From Candidatus Levyibacteriota bacterium (GTDB taxonomy: Bacteria; Patescibacteriota; Microgenomatia; Levybacterales; UBA12049): a stretch of DNA of 55,973 bases. This document shows positions 45,712-54,773 of this stretch, one piece after another (the stretch's first letter is position 1; each line of letters starts with the position of its first letter). The stretch is taken from positions 1-55,973 of the forward strand of contig JACOXU010000003.1 of assembly GCA_016182185.1 (NCBI GenBank). The letters run 5' to 3'. The translations under genes were made by a program, and so were the position numbers. Below the pieces are notes generated by a model. The model saw nothing but the letters and a program-made list of their open reading frames with translations, had not been told where the DNA came from and did no database searches.

Positions 45712-46728
45712 ATGATCGATAAAGAACTGTCCGAAAAAAGAAGCCGAAATCCTTTGAAGCGTTTAGCTAAGTTAGCCGTACCTGTTATAGCAGCAGGAAT
45801 GGCCCTATCAGACAATAATACTGCAAAAGTTAATGAAGCAGCCACTTCTTTCCCATCAGATACTCCGGCTCAATTGGCAAATCTTGATCCGTCGTTGACA
45901 GAAGAGCAGAATCAAGTTGTACCTATCGACAGTCAAGAACTTGCCTCGTTTAAACAATCGATATCAGAAAGGTTAGGAGTAGAAATACAGACATTTGATG
46001 AGATTTCCCAACACCCGCAGGTTAAATTATTCTACGGATTTCAAAATATTATACCTGTAAATCAGGAATGGAACGAAGATAATTTAAGACTTCTGGAAAA
46101 TGTGTTCGGTTATATCCCTGAAGATTTCTACGAAGTAAGAGATGGAGAAAAAGTTCACGTGATACTTGGTCCTTCATCTCATTGCGGGTACGACATAAAA
46201 GGTTTTACCCCAAAGTATCCTTATGAAGTAATGCTTTCATATCAGTTATTTATGCCTGAAAGACCTCTGACCGCCGCGCTTGTAGCAACTCATGAGTTCG
46301 GACATCTTAAGACCACTGAATCATGCAATTCGCCTCTTGGTCCCAACTACATAGACCAGATCGAAGAAATTCTAGGAGAAGACTTTGCAAAAACCCAGGA
46401 AGAATTACCTGAACAGATTGACAGAAGAGCAAGTGAACTTGAAGTAAAAGTAAGAAAAGGTGGGCTTTTCACCTCTGTCGATTCGCTAACGCCTGAGAAG
46501 GAAGAATCTTTTCGATTAACAAGGCTAAATTACGCAGCGAAAAACTCTAAAGAATTTATAGCAGTGGGTTTTGAATCTTATTTTATGGGAAGAAATTATT
46601 TTGAGAGAATGTATGAGCCCTTCTTTGGAAAATCTAAAACCGGAGAATTATATGATATGATAAAAAACATATATCAAGGAAAAGAATTCCCCGATTATCA
46701 TATTACAGAGAAGGAACTCCAAAAGTAA
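45712..46728 (+). CDS. predicted exported zinc metalloprotease (HExxH zincin)
   Basis: 338 aa. Has an N-terminal hydrophobic anchor (LAKLAVPVIAAGMAL) and LVATHEFGHL. The family is not assignable by eye. Confidence 0.5.
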   Translation: MIDKELSEKRSRNPLKRLAKLAVPVIAAGMALSDNNTAKVNEAATSFPSDTPAQLANLDPSLTEEQNQVVPIDSQELASFKQSISERLGVEIQTFDEISQHPQVKLFYGFQNIIPVNQEWNEDNLRLLENVFGYIPEDFYEVRDGEKVHVILGPSSHCGYDIKGFTPKYPYEVMLSYQLFMPERPLTAALVATHEFGHLKTTESCNSPLGPNYIDQIEEILGEDFAKTQEELPEQIDRRASELEVKVRKGGLFTSVDSLTPEKEESFRLTRLNYAAKNSKEFIAVGFESYFMGRNYFERMYEPFFGKSKTGELYDMIKNIYQGKEFPDYHITEKELQK

Positions 46729-46757
46729 TTTCAAAATTTAATAACGTAAAAGAATAT

Positions 46758-47810
46758 ATGTCACCAGCAGAAAAGGGTCATTTCCCGCAAAAGAAAAAGG
46801 GTCCAGGAATAGTCCTCAAGACTACAGCAGCTATTGCAGGAGGTGCGGCTGTTGTAGGAGGAGCAGTTGGAGGAATGGATGCTTTAAATGTCGGACCTTT
46901 TGCAGGAAGTTCACCTGATCAAGGAACTCATGACGCGCTTCCGGACGGAATGCCTTCTACCACTGCCACTGCTACTCAAATTACAGAATCCCCCACTCCA
47001 ATTACAACTGCGGAACCTACGCCAAGTCTTGGATATCACGAAGGAACTGATGGAATTTCTTTTACAACGGAAAAAGGCGAGGTGCTGAATGTTCCCCAAA
47101 TTGATGGACTTAAAGCATCTCTTCAAACCGCAGAAGACGGACAGCAAAAAGTTATTTACACAGCCCTTGAACAAAATCCTTATGGAATGTCGCCTGAAGA
47201 ATACGCCGGAGAATATAAGCCAAATGTGGATTACAATCTTAAGCAAACAGGAGCAGTTGTCTTACGCTCTCCTGTAACATCAAAGCTTATTGAAAATAAA
47301 TTAAATATCTCAGAAGAAAAATGGGCAGTAGCTCTTCCTCTTGATATTAGAAACTATGACAGAACTGATTATAATATAGCGGTAGTCTTTTCAAAGGGAT
47401 ACGGAGACTACGAATTTCCAATGGTAAAGATTGTATTTGGCGGTGAACTTTCTCTGACAAATATTATTCCAGGTTCTCAAACAGTAAAGGTGCTGGCAAA
47501 TGGCTACTATAAATGGCTTTATTACATAGGCGGAGGCGTACGTACAAAGCCTATTGTGCCCGGAAACGAAATGGATTATATTACTGTCACAGGTCCTCTA
47601 ATTGGTTTTACAGATAATGGGCGAGAAATAAATGCAGCTTTTGGTGATGTAATCGCAAATACAAACAGCCCAATTAACGTAACAGTACAGGGTATTGATT
47701 CTGATAATAACGGTTTTAAAGCTTTTAGTATTGATCAAACCAAAATTTTGTCAGTTGAAAGTAATGCTGGCGAACAAGTACCGGTTTTCCTAGCTTCAAA
47801 TACCCCCTAA
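46758..47810 (+). CDS. exported hypothetical protein
   Basis: 350 aa. Gly/Ala-rich anchor (TTAAIAGGAAVVGGAVGG), a T/P-rich linker, then a beta-rich domain. Confidence 0.45.
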   Translation: MSPAEKGHFPQKKKGPGIVLKTTAAIAGGAAVVGGAVGGMDALNVGPFAGSSPDQGTHDALPDGMPSTTATATQITESPTPITTAEPTPSLGYHEGTDGISFTTEKGEVLNVPQIDGLKASLQTAEDGQQKVIYTALEQNPYGMSPEEYAGEYKPNVDYNLKQTGAVVLRSPVTSKLIENKLNISEEKWAVALPLDIRNYDRTDYNIAVVFSKGYGDYEFPMVKIVFGGELSLTNIIPGSQTVKVLANGYYKWLYYIGGGVRTKPIVPGNEMDYITVTGPLIGFTDNGREINAAFGDVIANTNSPINVTVQGIDSDNNGFKAFSIDQTKILSVESNAGEQVPVFLASNTP

Positions 47811-47872
47811 TTTTCCAAAAATTCAGAATATACCTCTTGACACATTAATACTGCATCAATTACTCTTAAATT

Positions 47873-48481
47873 ATGCTTTCTGGTTTGCTGAGAAAACCAA
47901 TTTTTTGGATTGGACTTATCATCATATTTATAATAGTACTCATAGTTCTTCTCTTTGAAACAAAATCTACTGTAGTTACCTCGGACAACCAACAAGCTAC
48001 GCGAGATAAATCTCCCCAAAGCATTTCTCAGAAACAGAAATTAAAACCTGGAACTTGTCTTATTCTTGAACAGAAATATTGTGATTTAGGAAAAGCTTCT
48101 GAATGGAAGAATCCCGCCGGACAAGTATTTAAAATTGTATCCTTTAATCTCCCCGAAGGGGTTTCTATTATGGCTCCATTTGATGGAACATTTACGTACT
48201 CTGATGGACCCGGAAATCTTATAGATCCTAATGCTCCTGCTGCTGTAGTTTATAAGCCGGTGACTAAGACTGATCAAACTAATTTAACTTTCATGGTCAC
48301 AGGGGATATAGAATTTGACAAAGAACAAACAATTATCAAGAAAGGTGACCAAATTGCCAGAGCTGGAAATACCGGATTTAAAGTTTTGGGGGGAACGGTA
48401 GCAGCGTTGGTGACGAAAATTGAAAATTCAAAAACTATAAACGATGAAAATTTATTTAACATAATTTTGAATAAGAAATAA
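47873..48481 (+). CDS. membrane-anchored degenerate LytM/M23-like protein (paralogue 3)
   Basis: 202 aa. The C-terminal about 125 aa are highly similar to 45009..45704, with exact 34-nt and 26-nt DNA runs. Its stop is 4 nt before the giant gene. Confidence 0.5.
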   Translation: MLSGLLRKPIFWIGLIIIFIIVLIVLLFETKSTVVTSDNQQATRDKSPQSISQKQKLKPGTCLILEQKYCDLGKASEWKNPAGQVFKIVSFNLPEGVSIMAPFDGTFTYSDGPGNLIDPNAPAAVVYKPVTKTDQTNLTFMVTGDIEFDKEQTIIKKGDQIARAGNTGFKVLGGTVAALVTKIENSKTINDENLFNIILNKK

Positions 48482-48485
48482 TCCG

Positions 48486-51400
48486 ATGAATAAAATCAAA
48501 AACCTCTTCTTGAGTATTCTTGGCATAATATTCCTGTTTTCTTTGTTTTCTTTATCCGTTTCAATTTCTCAGAAAGCATCAGCCCAAACAACTGTTTATA
48601 TCGAAGGGTCTATTCCGTCTGGCTGGGCTCCATGTAATTCAAGTTCATGTCCGGCTAATCCCTTTCCTGGAGGAACCTGTGCCAACGGAAGCGGTGTCGG
48701 AGTCCCAGTTGGTGCCTGTGGTTGGCCTGCATGTGAAGGAGGGTCTGCCTGGCAAAGATACCAATTGGCAAGTTCTTCCACCTGTTACGCAAACGGTCCA
48801 TTATGTTATTGGGTATTCCAACTATCGAGCAACGTCTGCAGTCTTGGTGATAAATGTACTGCAGCACAGCCCTATCTTAATTATGGATATCCCAATTGCG
48901 AGACTGGCGCATGTCAGGTAGGTGGAATATATAAAACCTGTTGCTCTGGATCAAATATTGATGGAGCATGCGTACAAAGCAATATTGATAATATTTCTCC
49001 GCCTGAAGGATCTTGTCCCTCGGGCACATCTACTGTAATGTGTCTTGACAGCGCCAACACAGGAAGCACCTGTGAGGCTCTTTTCGGATGCAACAACTGT
49101 AATGTAGGAGGTGGGGTATATTGCACTAACTCTGCTTGCGGGGCGAGTGCGTGTCAGGCTATATTTCCCCAAGCGACTCCTGTCCCCACCACTTCTCCCA
49201 CCGGAGCTATTCAGGGATATCATGTAGAAATGCCGGCTCTTAATGCTTATCCAATGGGAGCAAAGACCGCTTTATTGGACGGCGGAAATCAGACTACAGA
49301 TAACCCCTACGGAACAGGTTCTCAATTTGCCTCCCCTGCCTGGAATAACATCTCTGCAGGAAATCACACAGTCTCGATCAACAGTGTCTCAACCGCCTGG
49401 GGCGCAGGCTATACGCTTTGTTATAACGTAACCAATTGCCACAACAGTTCTCCGACAGCCGGTACTTCTGTAACAGTCAATGTTCCTTCAGGCGGCTATG
49501 CGGATCTTTGGTGGCACTACTTCCCTCCTCCCACAGCTTCTATTAATATTGTCGGTTCAACAACACGGACGATCGGCGAAAATATTACTTTTAATGCTAA
49601 TGCAAATGATGGAAATAGTAACTTGCAGTCAGGTGAAATATTCTGGTCTACGAATTCATCTCCCGGAAGCTGGAACTCGCTTGGATCAAGTGCAATCTCA
49701 GGAAGCACCGCAACTTTTTCAAAGACATGGAATACATCAGGCAGATCTGCCGGAAGCTATGTGGTGGTGGTTAATGCAAGCAGCAAATATAGCGCCCACT
49801 GTACAGGAAATCCATTTCAATTAGTCAATGACGTCAGCTGCGGTCCAAACGGCGCCTCAACCAACGATACTGACGTGGTAGTTGTCAATTTGATTGATCC
49901 GGTTCCCACCTATTCAGTTTCAGGACGCGTGTACATTGATAATGGAAAGGATATAAATGGCAATAATGCCGGGACTTATGGAGATGGTTTTCAAACCTGC
50001 AGCGGTGCATGTGACAACGGAGCAGGAGATGAAAGGGGTTACACCACCGAGGTGGATATCTCAAGCGGCTTATTTGCTGATCTTAGAAATACAAACTCGG
50101 TCGGATATTATATATTCTCGTCTCTGCCTTCGGCCATATATAACATTTACCCGATTATTGGATCAGGATATTCCTGCTCGCCGGGAAATACCTGTAACCG
50201 TAACATAAACGTTACTGCAAACACCACAGTCAATTTCGGCCTCGTCCCTGCTCCGACCAATACGCCAACACCGACTCTAACCCCTACTCCCACAACAGTC
50301 CCGGGCTATACAATTTCAGGAAATGTTTTTAATGACACAAATAGGAATGGTATACAGGACTGCTCGGGCGCTTGCGATAATGGATCGGGAGATGAAACAA
50401 ACTATTCGGGCGCATCATTAACTCTGCGGACTGGTTCATGTACGGGCACATCGTTAGGATCAAGAACATCTGGCTCCACATCTCCTGGATATAGCTATAC
50501 GGGCCTAACTAATGGGACGACTTATTATGTTGTTTTGACCCGTCCTTCAGGGAAAGATATTACCACACCCAATGCCACTCTTTGTAGCGGGTCGAATTAT
50601 TATGTAACAAGAACTATAGCAGGAACAAACGTAACTTTACACTGGGGGCTTGCTAACCCGATTACTCCGACTCCAACCCTTGCTCCCACTGCGACCCCAA
50701 TCCCTGCAAGCGTATGGGGAAAATATTTTGCGGATGATGGTCCTGGTGCATGTTATGGGAATAGGGTGCAAGATTGCGGGGAGCCGCCAATAGTTAGCCA
50801 GGGGATATATGTACAAGATGGTGATTGTTGGTGGGCACCTAGTTGTAATTGGAGCTCTGTTACCGATTCATCTGGTAATTATTCGATTTCTGGACCAGCT
50901 AGCGGCCGAACGTATCGATATAATACAGGCATACCTACGGATTATTCTTCTTTGGGATATGTAAGAGATAGAATATGTAAACCATTTACCCCAGGTTGTG
51001 ATATTGCTAGCGTTCCTGAGCCTCCGTGGTGGTTTTATCTCTCTCCTCCAGTACAAATTGATGTTTTACTAGAGCCACCTCCGCATGATATTGTGGGAAA
51101 CATTTTTGTAGATTCAAATGGAAATGGCGTACAAGATTGTTCGGGAACTTGTAACGATGGCCCGGGTGATGAAGTAAAATACACTCAGGAAAGAATAATA
51201 GAACTTAGAACTGGATCCTGCACCGGTACTCTTGTAGGAGACTATACTGCAAGAGGTAGTTATAGCTTTAGAGATTTGTCTCCCCAAACCTATTATATAA
51301 TTTTCCCTCTTCCCTCAGGTTATACGCTAACAACGCCAGCTTCCGCGACTATTTGTAGCGGATCAAATTACTTTGCGGAAAGGGTTATGCCACAACTGGG

Positions 51401-53294
51401 AGGCATAACCCAGGATTGGGGGATACAACCTATCCCCACAAATACCCCAACCCCCACTCCGGTTCCAAATAACATCACGGGGATTGTCTTTGTTGACACA
51501 AATAGAAACGGCGTGCAAAACGTAGGAGAAGTGGGCTATCCTGGCGGAGCAAAAGTAGATTTACTTGACTGCCGCGGAAGCTGTACCCAGCTAGACAGTA
51601 AGCTAACAGACCCAAATGGACAATTTGCTTTCAATGGTCTGGCGGCGGCAACTTATTCAGTCTTTTTAAACCGTCCTCTAGGATATACTCTTACAACCGT
51701 GAGTCAAAGAAACTTGACTCTGCCTCCTGATGGCACTGCCAACTTTGGTATTGCCGCAAATGCCTTTATTCACGGAACTTTTGTAGATAAAAGCCTAAAT
51801 ATCTTAACAACCAACATTGGCCAGAATGTAACAATCAATAAGAACGTAGTCGTATCTTCAAGAACAAACGGAACTTATAGTTTTGAGGTTATTCCTGCAA
51901 CCGGCTTTTCTGCTACAGCTACTGTTCCTGTCGGATATACAGTTTTGTCTTGCATAGCCAGTATAATAGTAAATGGCGTTACTCAACAACAGAATGACTG
52001 CTGGCAATTGTCTTCCTATCAACCTGTTAACCCGGTTTCAAATATTGATCTTCCTAATGCATTTGATGATGCAAATATCTGGTTCATGTACTTCAGTCCC
52101 AAGACAATTTCAGGAAATGTGTTTGTGGATACGGATAAAGACGGATTTAAGGATGCAACAGAATCAAACTATACAGGAGGAGGAATAACAATATCATCTG
52201 GTGATGGAACTGTAAACGTCAATCAGGCGGCAGGAACTTACCAGATAACCAACCTTGACTCCGGAACTTACTTTGTCTCCTATTCAGGAATTCCGGCAGG
52301 CTACGCAGCGACATTTCCTGTTCCAACCTCCTATTCTGCCACAGTTGGGACAGGATGCACATGGTCGCCCAACACTATCCCCCCGCTTGGCAACCCGACC
52401 AATGCATCTTGCGATGTCAATAACAATATCAGAGATCTTAATTTTGGAATTACCGATTCACAACCTTGGATTCAGACAGAAGGCGGAGATATAAGAGTTG
52501 ATGATGGATTTGTAGACAACATTCCTCCATCAACCGGTCCCGGAGGCACGGATTCTTGTCCGACGAGTTCTGACGCATCGGTTCCGCCTGCCTCAGGATC
52601 TCCGGGCGTAATCTTCTCAGGTGATTCAATTCCAGATTTTGGTCAGGGACAAGCTTCGGCTCCCAACTGGCAGATTGGAGATCCAACATTTGGCGAAATT
52701 TACATTCCTCCCAATCCGGGAGAACTCTCAACTTCCTACAACAGCATGATGACCAAGATCAACCAGGCAGGTCTTACCCCGACAACAATCACGAGTATTA
52801 CAGACATTACCGCCAATGGACTATATCTGGTGAATGGTGACCTTTTGGTCAATAGTGATTATAATTTTGGAGCAAACCAAAATTATGTCATTCTTGTCAA
52901 CGGCAACATGTGGATCGGCGGAAATATTGACGTTCCGACCGGTTCAACTGCAGTCTTTATCGTCAAGGGAAATACTGGTTCATTCCCCAGCAATCGAGGA
53001 ATAACTGTCGCCCCGGCAACCACTCGAATCGAAGGATACTTCAGCACTGACTGGAACTTTATCATCCCAAGCGCAAGCGCCTGCGCTCTGGGACCAGACA
53101 CCCAACTAATAATAGAAGGTGCAGTAGTCGTTAATGCGGTTACTGCAAATGGAGGCCAATTTATCCTTGAGAGAGACTTGTGTTCGGGAAACGTCTGCCC
53201 TGCCGTAGTTGTAATTGTCAGACCAGACTTTGTTCTCAATGCTCCGGCAATCCTGATGAGGACAAACGCCCTCAGACAAGAAGTAGCACCATAG
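48486..53294 (+). CDS. giant secreted surface protein: Cys-rich N-domain, SdrD-B-like repeats with PT linkers, unknown C-terminal domain
   Basis: 1602 aa. Signal peptide ...SQKASA|Q. 22 Cys within about 190 aa. Five (I/V)(S/T/V)G.V(F/Y).D.N..G repeats. PTNTPTPT linkers. Visibly G+C-richer than its flanks. Confidence 0.7.
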   Translation: MNKIKNLFLSILGIIFLFSLFSLSVSISQKASAQTTVYIEGSIPSGWAPCNSSSCPANPFPGGTCANGSGVGVPVGACGWPACEGGSAWQRYQLASSSTCYANGPLCYWVFQLSSNVCSLGDKCTAAQPYLNYGYPNCETGACQVGGIYKTCCSGSNIDGACVQSNIDNISPPEGSCPSGTSTVMCLDSANTGSTCEALFGCNNCNVGGGVYCTNSACGASACQAIFPQATPVPTTSPTGAIQGYHVEMPALNAYPMGAKTALLDGGNQTTDNPYGTGSQFASPAWNNISAGNHTVSINSVSTAWGAGYTLCYNVTNCHNSSPTAGTSVTVNVPSGGYADLWWHYFPPPTASINIVGSTTRTIGENITFNANANDGNSNLQSGEIFWSTNSSPGSWNSLGSSAISGSTATFSKTWNTSGRSAGSYVVVVNASSKYSAHCTGNPFQLVNDVSCGPNGASTNDTDVVVVNLIDPVPTYSVSGRVYIDNGKDINGNNAGTYGDGFQTCSGACDNGAGDERGYTTEVDISSGLFADLRNTNSVGYYIFSSLPSAIYNIYPIIGSGYSCSPGNTCNRNINVTANTTVNFGLVPAPTNTPTPTLTPTPTTVPGYTISGNVFNDTNRNGIQDCSGACDNGSGDETNYSGASLTLRTGSCTGTSLGSRTSGSTSPGYSYTGLTNGTTYYVVLTRPSGKDITTPNATLCSGSNYYVTRTIAGTNVTLHWGLANPITPTPTLAPTATPIPASVWGKYFADDGPGACYGNRVQDCGEPPIVSQGIYVQDGDCWWAPSCNWSSVTDSSGNYSISGPASGRTYRYNTGIPTDYSSLGYVRDRICKPFTPGCDIASVPEPPWWFYLSPPVQIDVLLEPPPHDIVGNIFVDSNGNGVQDCSGTCNDGPGDEVKYTQERIIELRTGSCTGTLVGDYTARGSYSFRDLSPQTYYIIFPLPSGYTLTTPASATICSGSNYFAERVMPQLGGITQDWGIQPIPTNTPTPTPVPNNITGIVFVDTNRNGVQNVGEVGYPGGAKVDLLDCRGSCTQLDSKLTDPNGQFAFNGLAAATYSVFLNRPLGYTLTTVSQRNLTLPPDGTANFGIAANAFIHGTFVDKSLNILTTNIGQNVTINKNVVVSSRTNGTYSFEVIPATGFSATATVPVGYTVLSCIASIIVNGVTQQQNDCWQLSSYQPVNPVSNIDLPNAFDDANIWFMYFSPKTISGNVFVDTDKDGFKDATESNYTGGGITISSGDGTVNVNQAAGTYQITNLDSGTYFVSYSGIPAGYAATFPVPTSYSATVGTGCTWSPNTIPPLGNPTNASCDVNNNIRDLNFGITDSQPWIQTEGGDIRVDDGFVDNIPPSTGPGGTDSCPTSSDASVPPASGSPGVIFSGDSIPDFGQGQASAPNWQIGDPTFGEIYIPPNPGELSTSYNSMMTKINQAGLTPTTITSITDITANGLYLVNGDLLVNSDYNFGANQNYVILVNGNMWIGGNIDVPTGSTAVFIVKGNTGSFPSNRGITVAPATTRIEGYFSTDWNFIIPSASACALGPDTQLIIEGAVVVNAVTANGGQFILERDLCSGNVCPAVVVIVRPDFVLNAPAILMRTNALRQEVAP

Positions 53295-53313
53295 CTTCAT
53301 CAATAATGAAGCT
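53293..53313 (+). terminator. hairpin overlapping the giant-gene stop codon
   Basis: agcttcat-caata-atgaagct gives an 8-bp stem. No T-run follows, so terminator function is uncertain. Confidence 0.35.
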
Positions 53314-53390
53314 ACAATTACCTAATTACTCTAATTATTCTAATTACTAATCAAATCCCAATTCCCCAATCTCAAGCTCTTAGGTTAATT
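53314..53390. repeat. CTAAT-word arm flanking the four-helix-bundle ORF (copy C, left arm)
   Basis: cctaattactctaattattctaattactaatcaaatcccaattccccaatctcaag. Shares tctaattattctaa and caaatcccaatt with 2483..2596. Confidence 0.65.
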
Positions 53391-53753
53391 CTATTTGACC
53401 TTCTTATAAATCGAGTTAAAAATCAAGTTAAGTTCTTTTGCCTCTTGCCATAAAACCTTAGCATCTTCCTTTAACTCTGGAACTGCAACAACAATCATTC
53501 TTATAAAATGTTTGGCTTCCCTTGATTCCTTTTTGCAAATTCCAATCTTATGTTTAAAATCTAACTTACTTTCTGCATCATCTGCTTCGCAATAGTTAGC
53601 ACCAATACTTGTTCCGCACTTTATAAATTGATTAATCAAGGGATCCGTAATTGGCCCTCTTGGAACTTTTTTACAAAATTTTATCGTATCTTCTCCAAAC
53701 TTTGCCGTCCTCTCTTCCAGATCATATTTTTGGACATTAGAAGTATTAGTCAT
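53391..53753 (-). CDS. four-helix-bundle protein (23S rRNA intervening-sequence protein / Avd-like family)
   Basis: 120 aa. YDLEERTAKFGEDTIKFCKKVP...INQFIKCGTSIGANYCEADDAESKLDFKHKIGICKKESREAKHFIRMI matches the family pattern (YDLEER..F......G.S..AN..EA....S..DF.HK..I..KE..E..YWL). Confidence 0.8.
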   Translation of the reverse strand: MTNTSNVQKYDLEERTAKFGEDTIKFCKKVPRGPITDPLINQFIKCGTSIGANYCEADDAESKLDFKHKIGICKKESREAKHFIRMIVVAVPELKEDAKVLWQEAKELNLIFNSIYKKVK

Positions 53754-53790
53754 TTTTTAGGTCAATTAGGTTAATTAGAAATTAGGTCAA
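53754..53790. repeat. ATTAG-word arm flanking the four-helix-bundle ORF (copy C, right arm)
   Basis: tttttaggtcaattaggttaattagaaattaggtcaa. 53757..53783 is the exact reverse complement of 31539..31565. The arm abuts the murB stop codon. Confidence 0.7.
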
Positions 53791-54741
53791 TTAAATTATT
53801 GTGATTTCTTCTTCAAGTTCTACTCCGAATTTTTCTTTTATGGTTTTTTTGACAATTTTGATAAGTTCAAGGACATCATCGGCTTTCGCATTCCCTAAAT
53901 TTATAATAAAATTAGGATGTTTCTCAGATACCTGCGCATCCCCGACTCTTCTCCCCGGAAGGTCTGAGAATGCAATAAGCTTAGCAGTAGGGAGAACCGG
54001 AAAGGGATCATTTTTAATTGAACTTTTAAATTCTTTTATCACTTCTTCAGGAACAATTTCAAGGGGAATATTTTTGAATATGCTTCCCACATTTGGATAT
54101 TCCAATGGATGGCGGTTTTTTCTATAAGTAATTTTTTCTTCAATTTTCCCCTTAATGTCCTTGCTCTTATCCTTTTTGAGCCGAAATACTGCAGAAAGAA
54201 TAATTTCATCCTTACCTCCTCCGGTCTTAAAAAGACTACCTCTGTAATTAAATTCACACTCTCTATTTTTTCTTTTTTTAATCTCGAATGTCTCTATATC
54301 AAAGCTTTCTGTCTCTAAAAGTATGTCTTTGGTTTCTCCTCCAAATGCGCCGGCATTGCCTCTTACTGCGCCCCCTACTGTCCCGGGGAGTCCGCCTGCC
54401 CACTCAAAGCCAGACAAAGAATTTTCTATACAAAAAGTAAGTAAGTCACTCACCAGAACCCCTGCGCCGACCGCAACCTTATCTGAATTTAATATTTCAA
54501 TATTGTTTACCTTGTTATGAATTACTAGTCCTGAAAAACCCTTGCTGCCAAAAAGAATATTTGTCCCATCACCTAATATCAGAGTTCTATTTTTATCGGA
54601 ATTTTTAGATATTTCTTTCCACTCTTTAAGTCCTGAAAGTAAATTTTGAACGTTTTTGATTTCCAAAAAATAAGCGGCAGTCCCGCCAATCTTAAAATTT
54701 GAATAGTTTTTAAGAGGAACGTTTCGTCGGATCGTACTCAT
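53791..54741 (-). CDS. murB: UDP-N-acetylenolpyruvoylglucosamine reductase
   Basis: 316 aa. NFKIGGTAAYF (FAD domain), GGLPGTVGGAVRGNAGAFGGE, and a C-terminal MurB domain. Confidence 0.9.
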   Translation of the reverse strand: MSTIRRNVPLKNYSNFKIGGTAAYFLEIKNVQNLLSGLKEWKEISKNSDKNRTLILGDGTNILFGSKGFSGLVIHNKVNNIEILNSDKVAVGAGVLVSDLLTFCIENSLSGFEWAGGLPGTVGGAVRGNAGAFGGETKDILLETESFDIETFEIKKRKNRECEFNYRGSLFKTGGGKDEIILSAVFRLKKDKSKDIKGKIEEKITYRKNRHPLEYPNVGSIFKNIPLEIVPEEVIKEFKSSIKNDPFPVLPTAKLIAFSDLPGRRVGDAQVSEKHPNFIINLGNAKADDVLELIKIVKKTIKEKFGVELEEEITII

Positions 54742-54773
54742 TGTTGTATTATACCCAAAATTTGTAGCCAGAA

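Noticed and set aside
48596-53303. Numerous 60-118-aa ORFs in other frames and on the other strand inside the giant surface-protein gene.
   Set aside because: They arise from the higher G+C content and repetitive PT-coding sequence of a single long ORF, and none has independent start signals.
45300-53753. A diversity-generating retroelement. The idea was an Avd-like four-helix-bundle gene plus two near-identical DNA segments (45385..45466 / 48174..48255) acting as template and variable repeats.
   Set aside because: There is no reverse-transcriptase ORF anywhere in the window. The mismatches between the two segments involve all bases (t>a, g>a, c>t, a>g, g>c) and are not adenine-specific. Both copies are ordinary paralogous coding domains.
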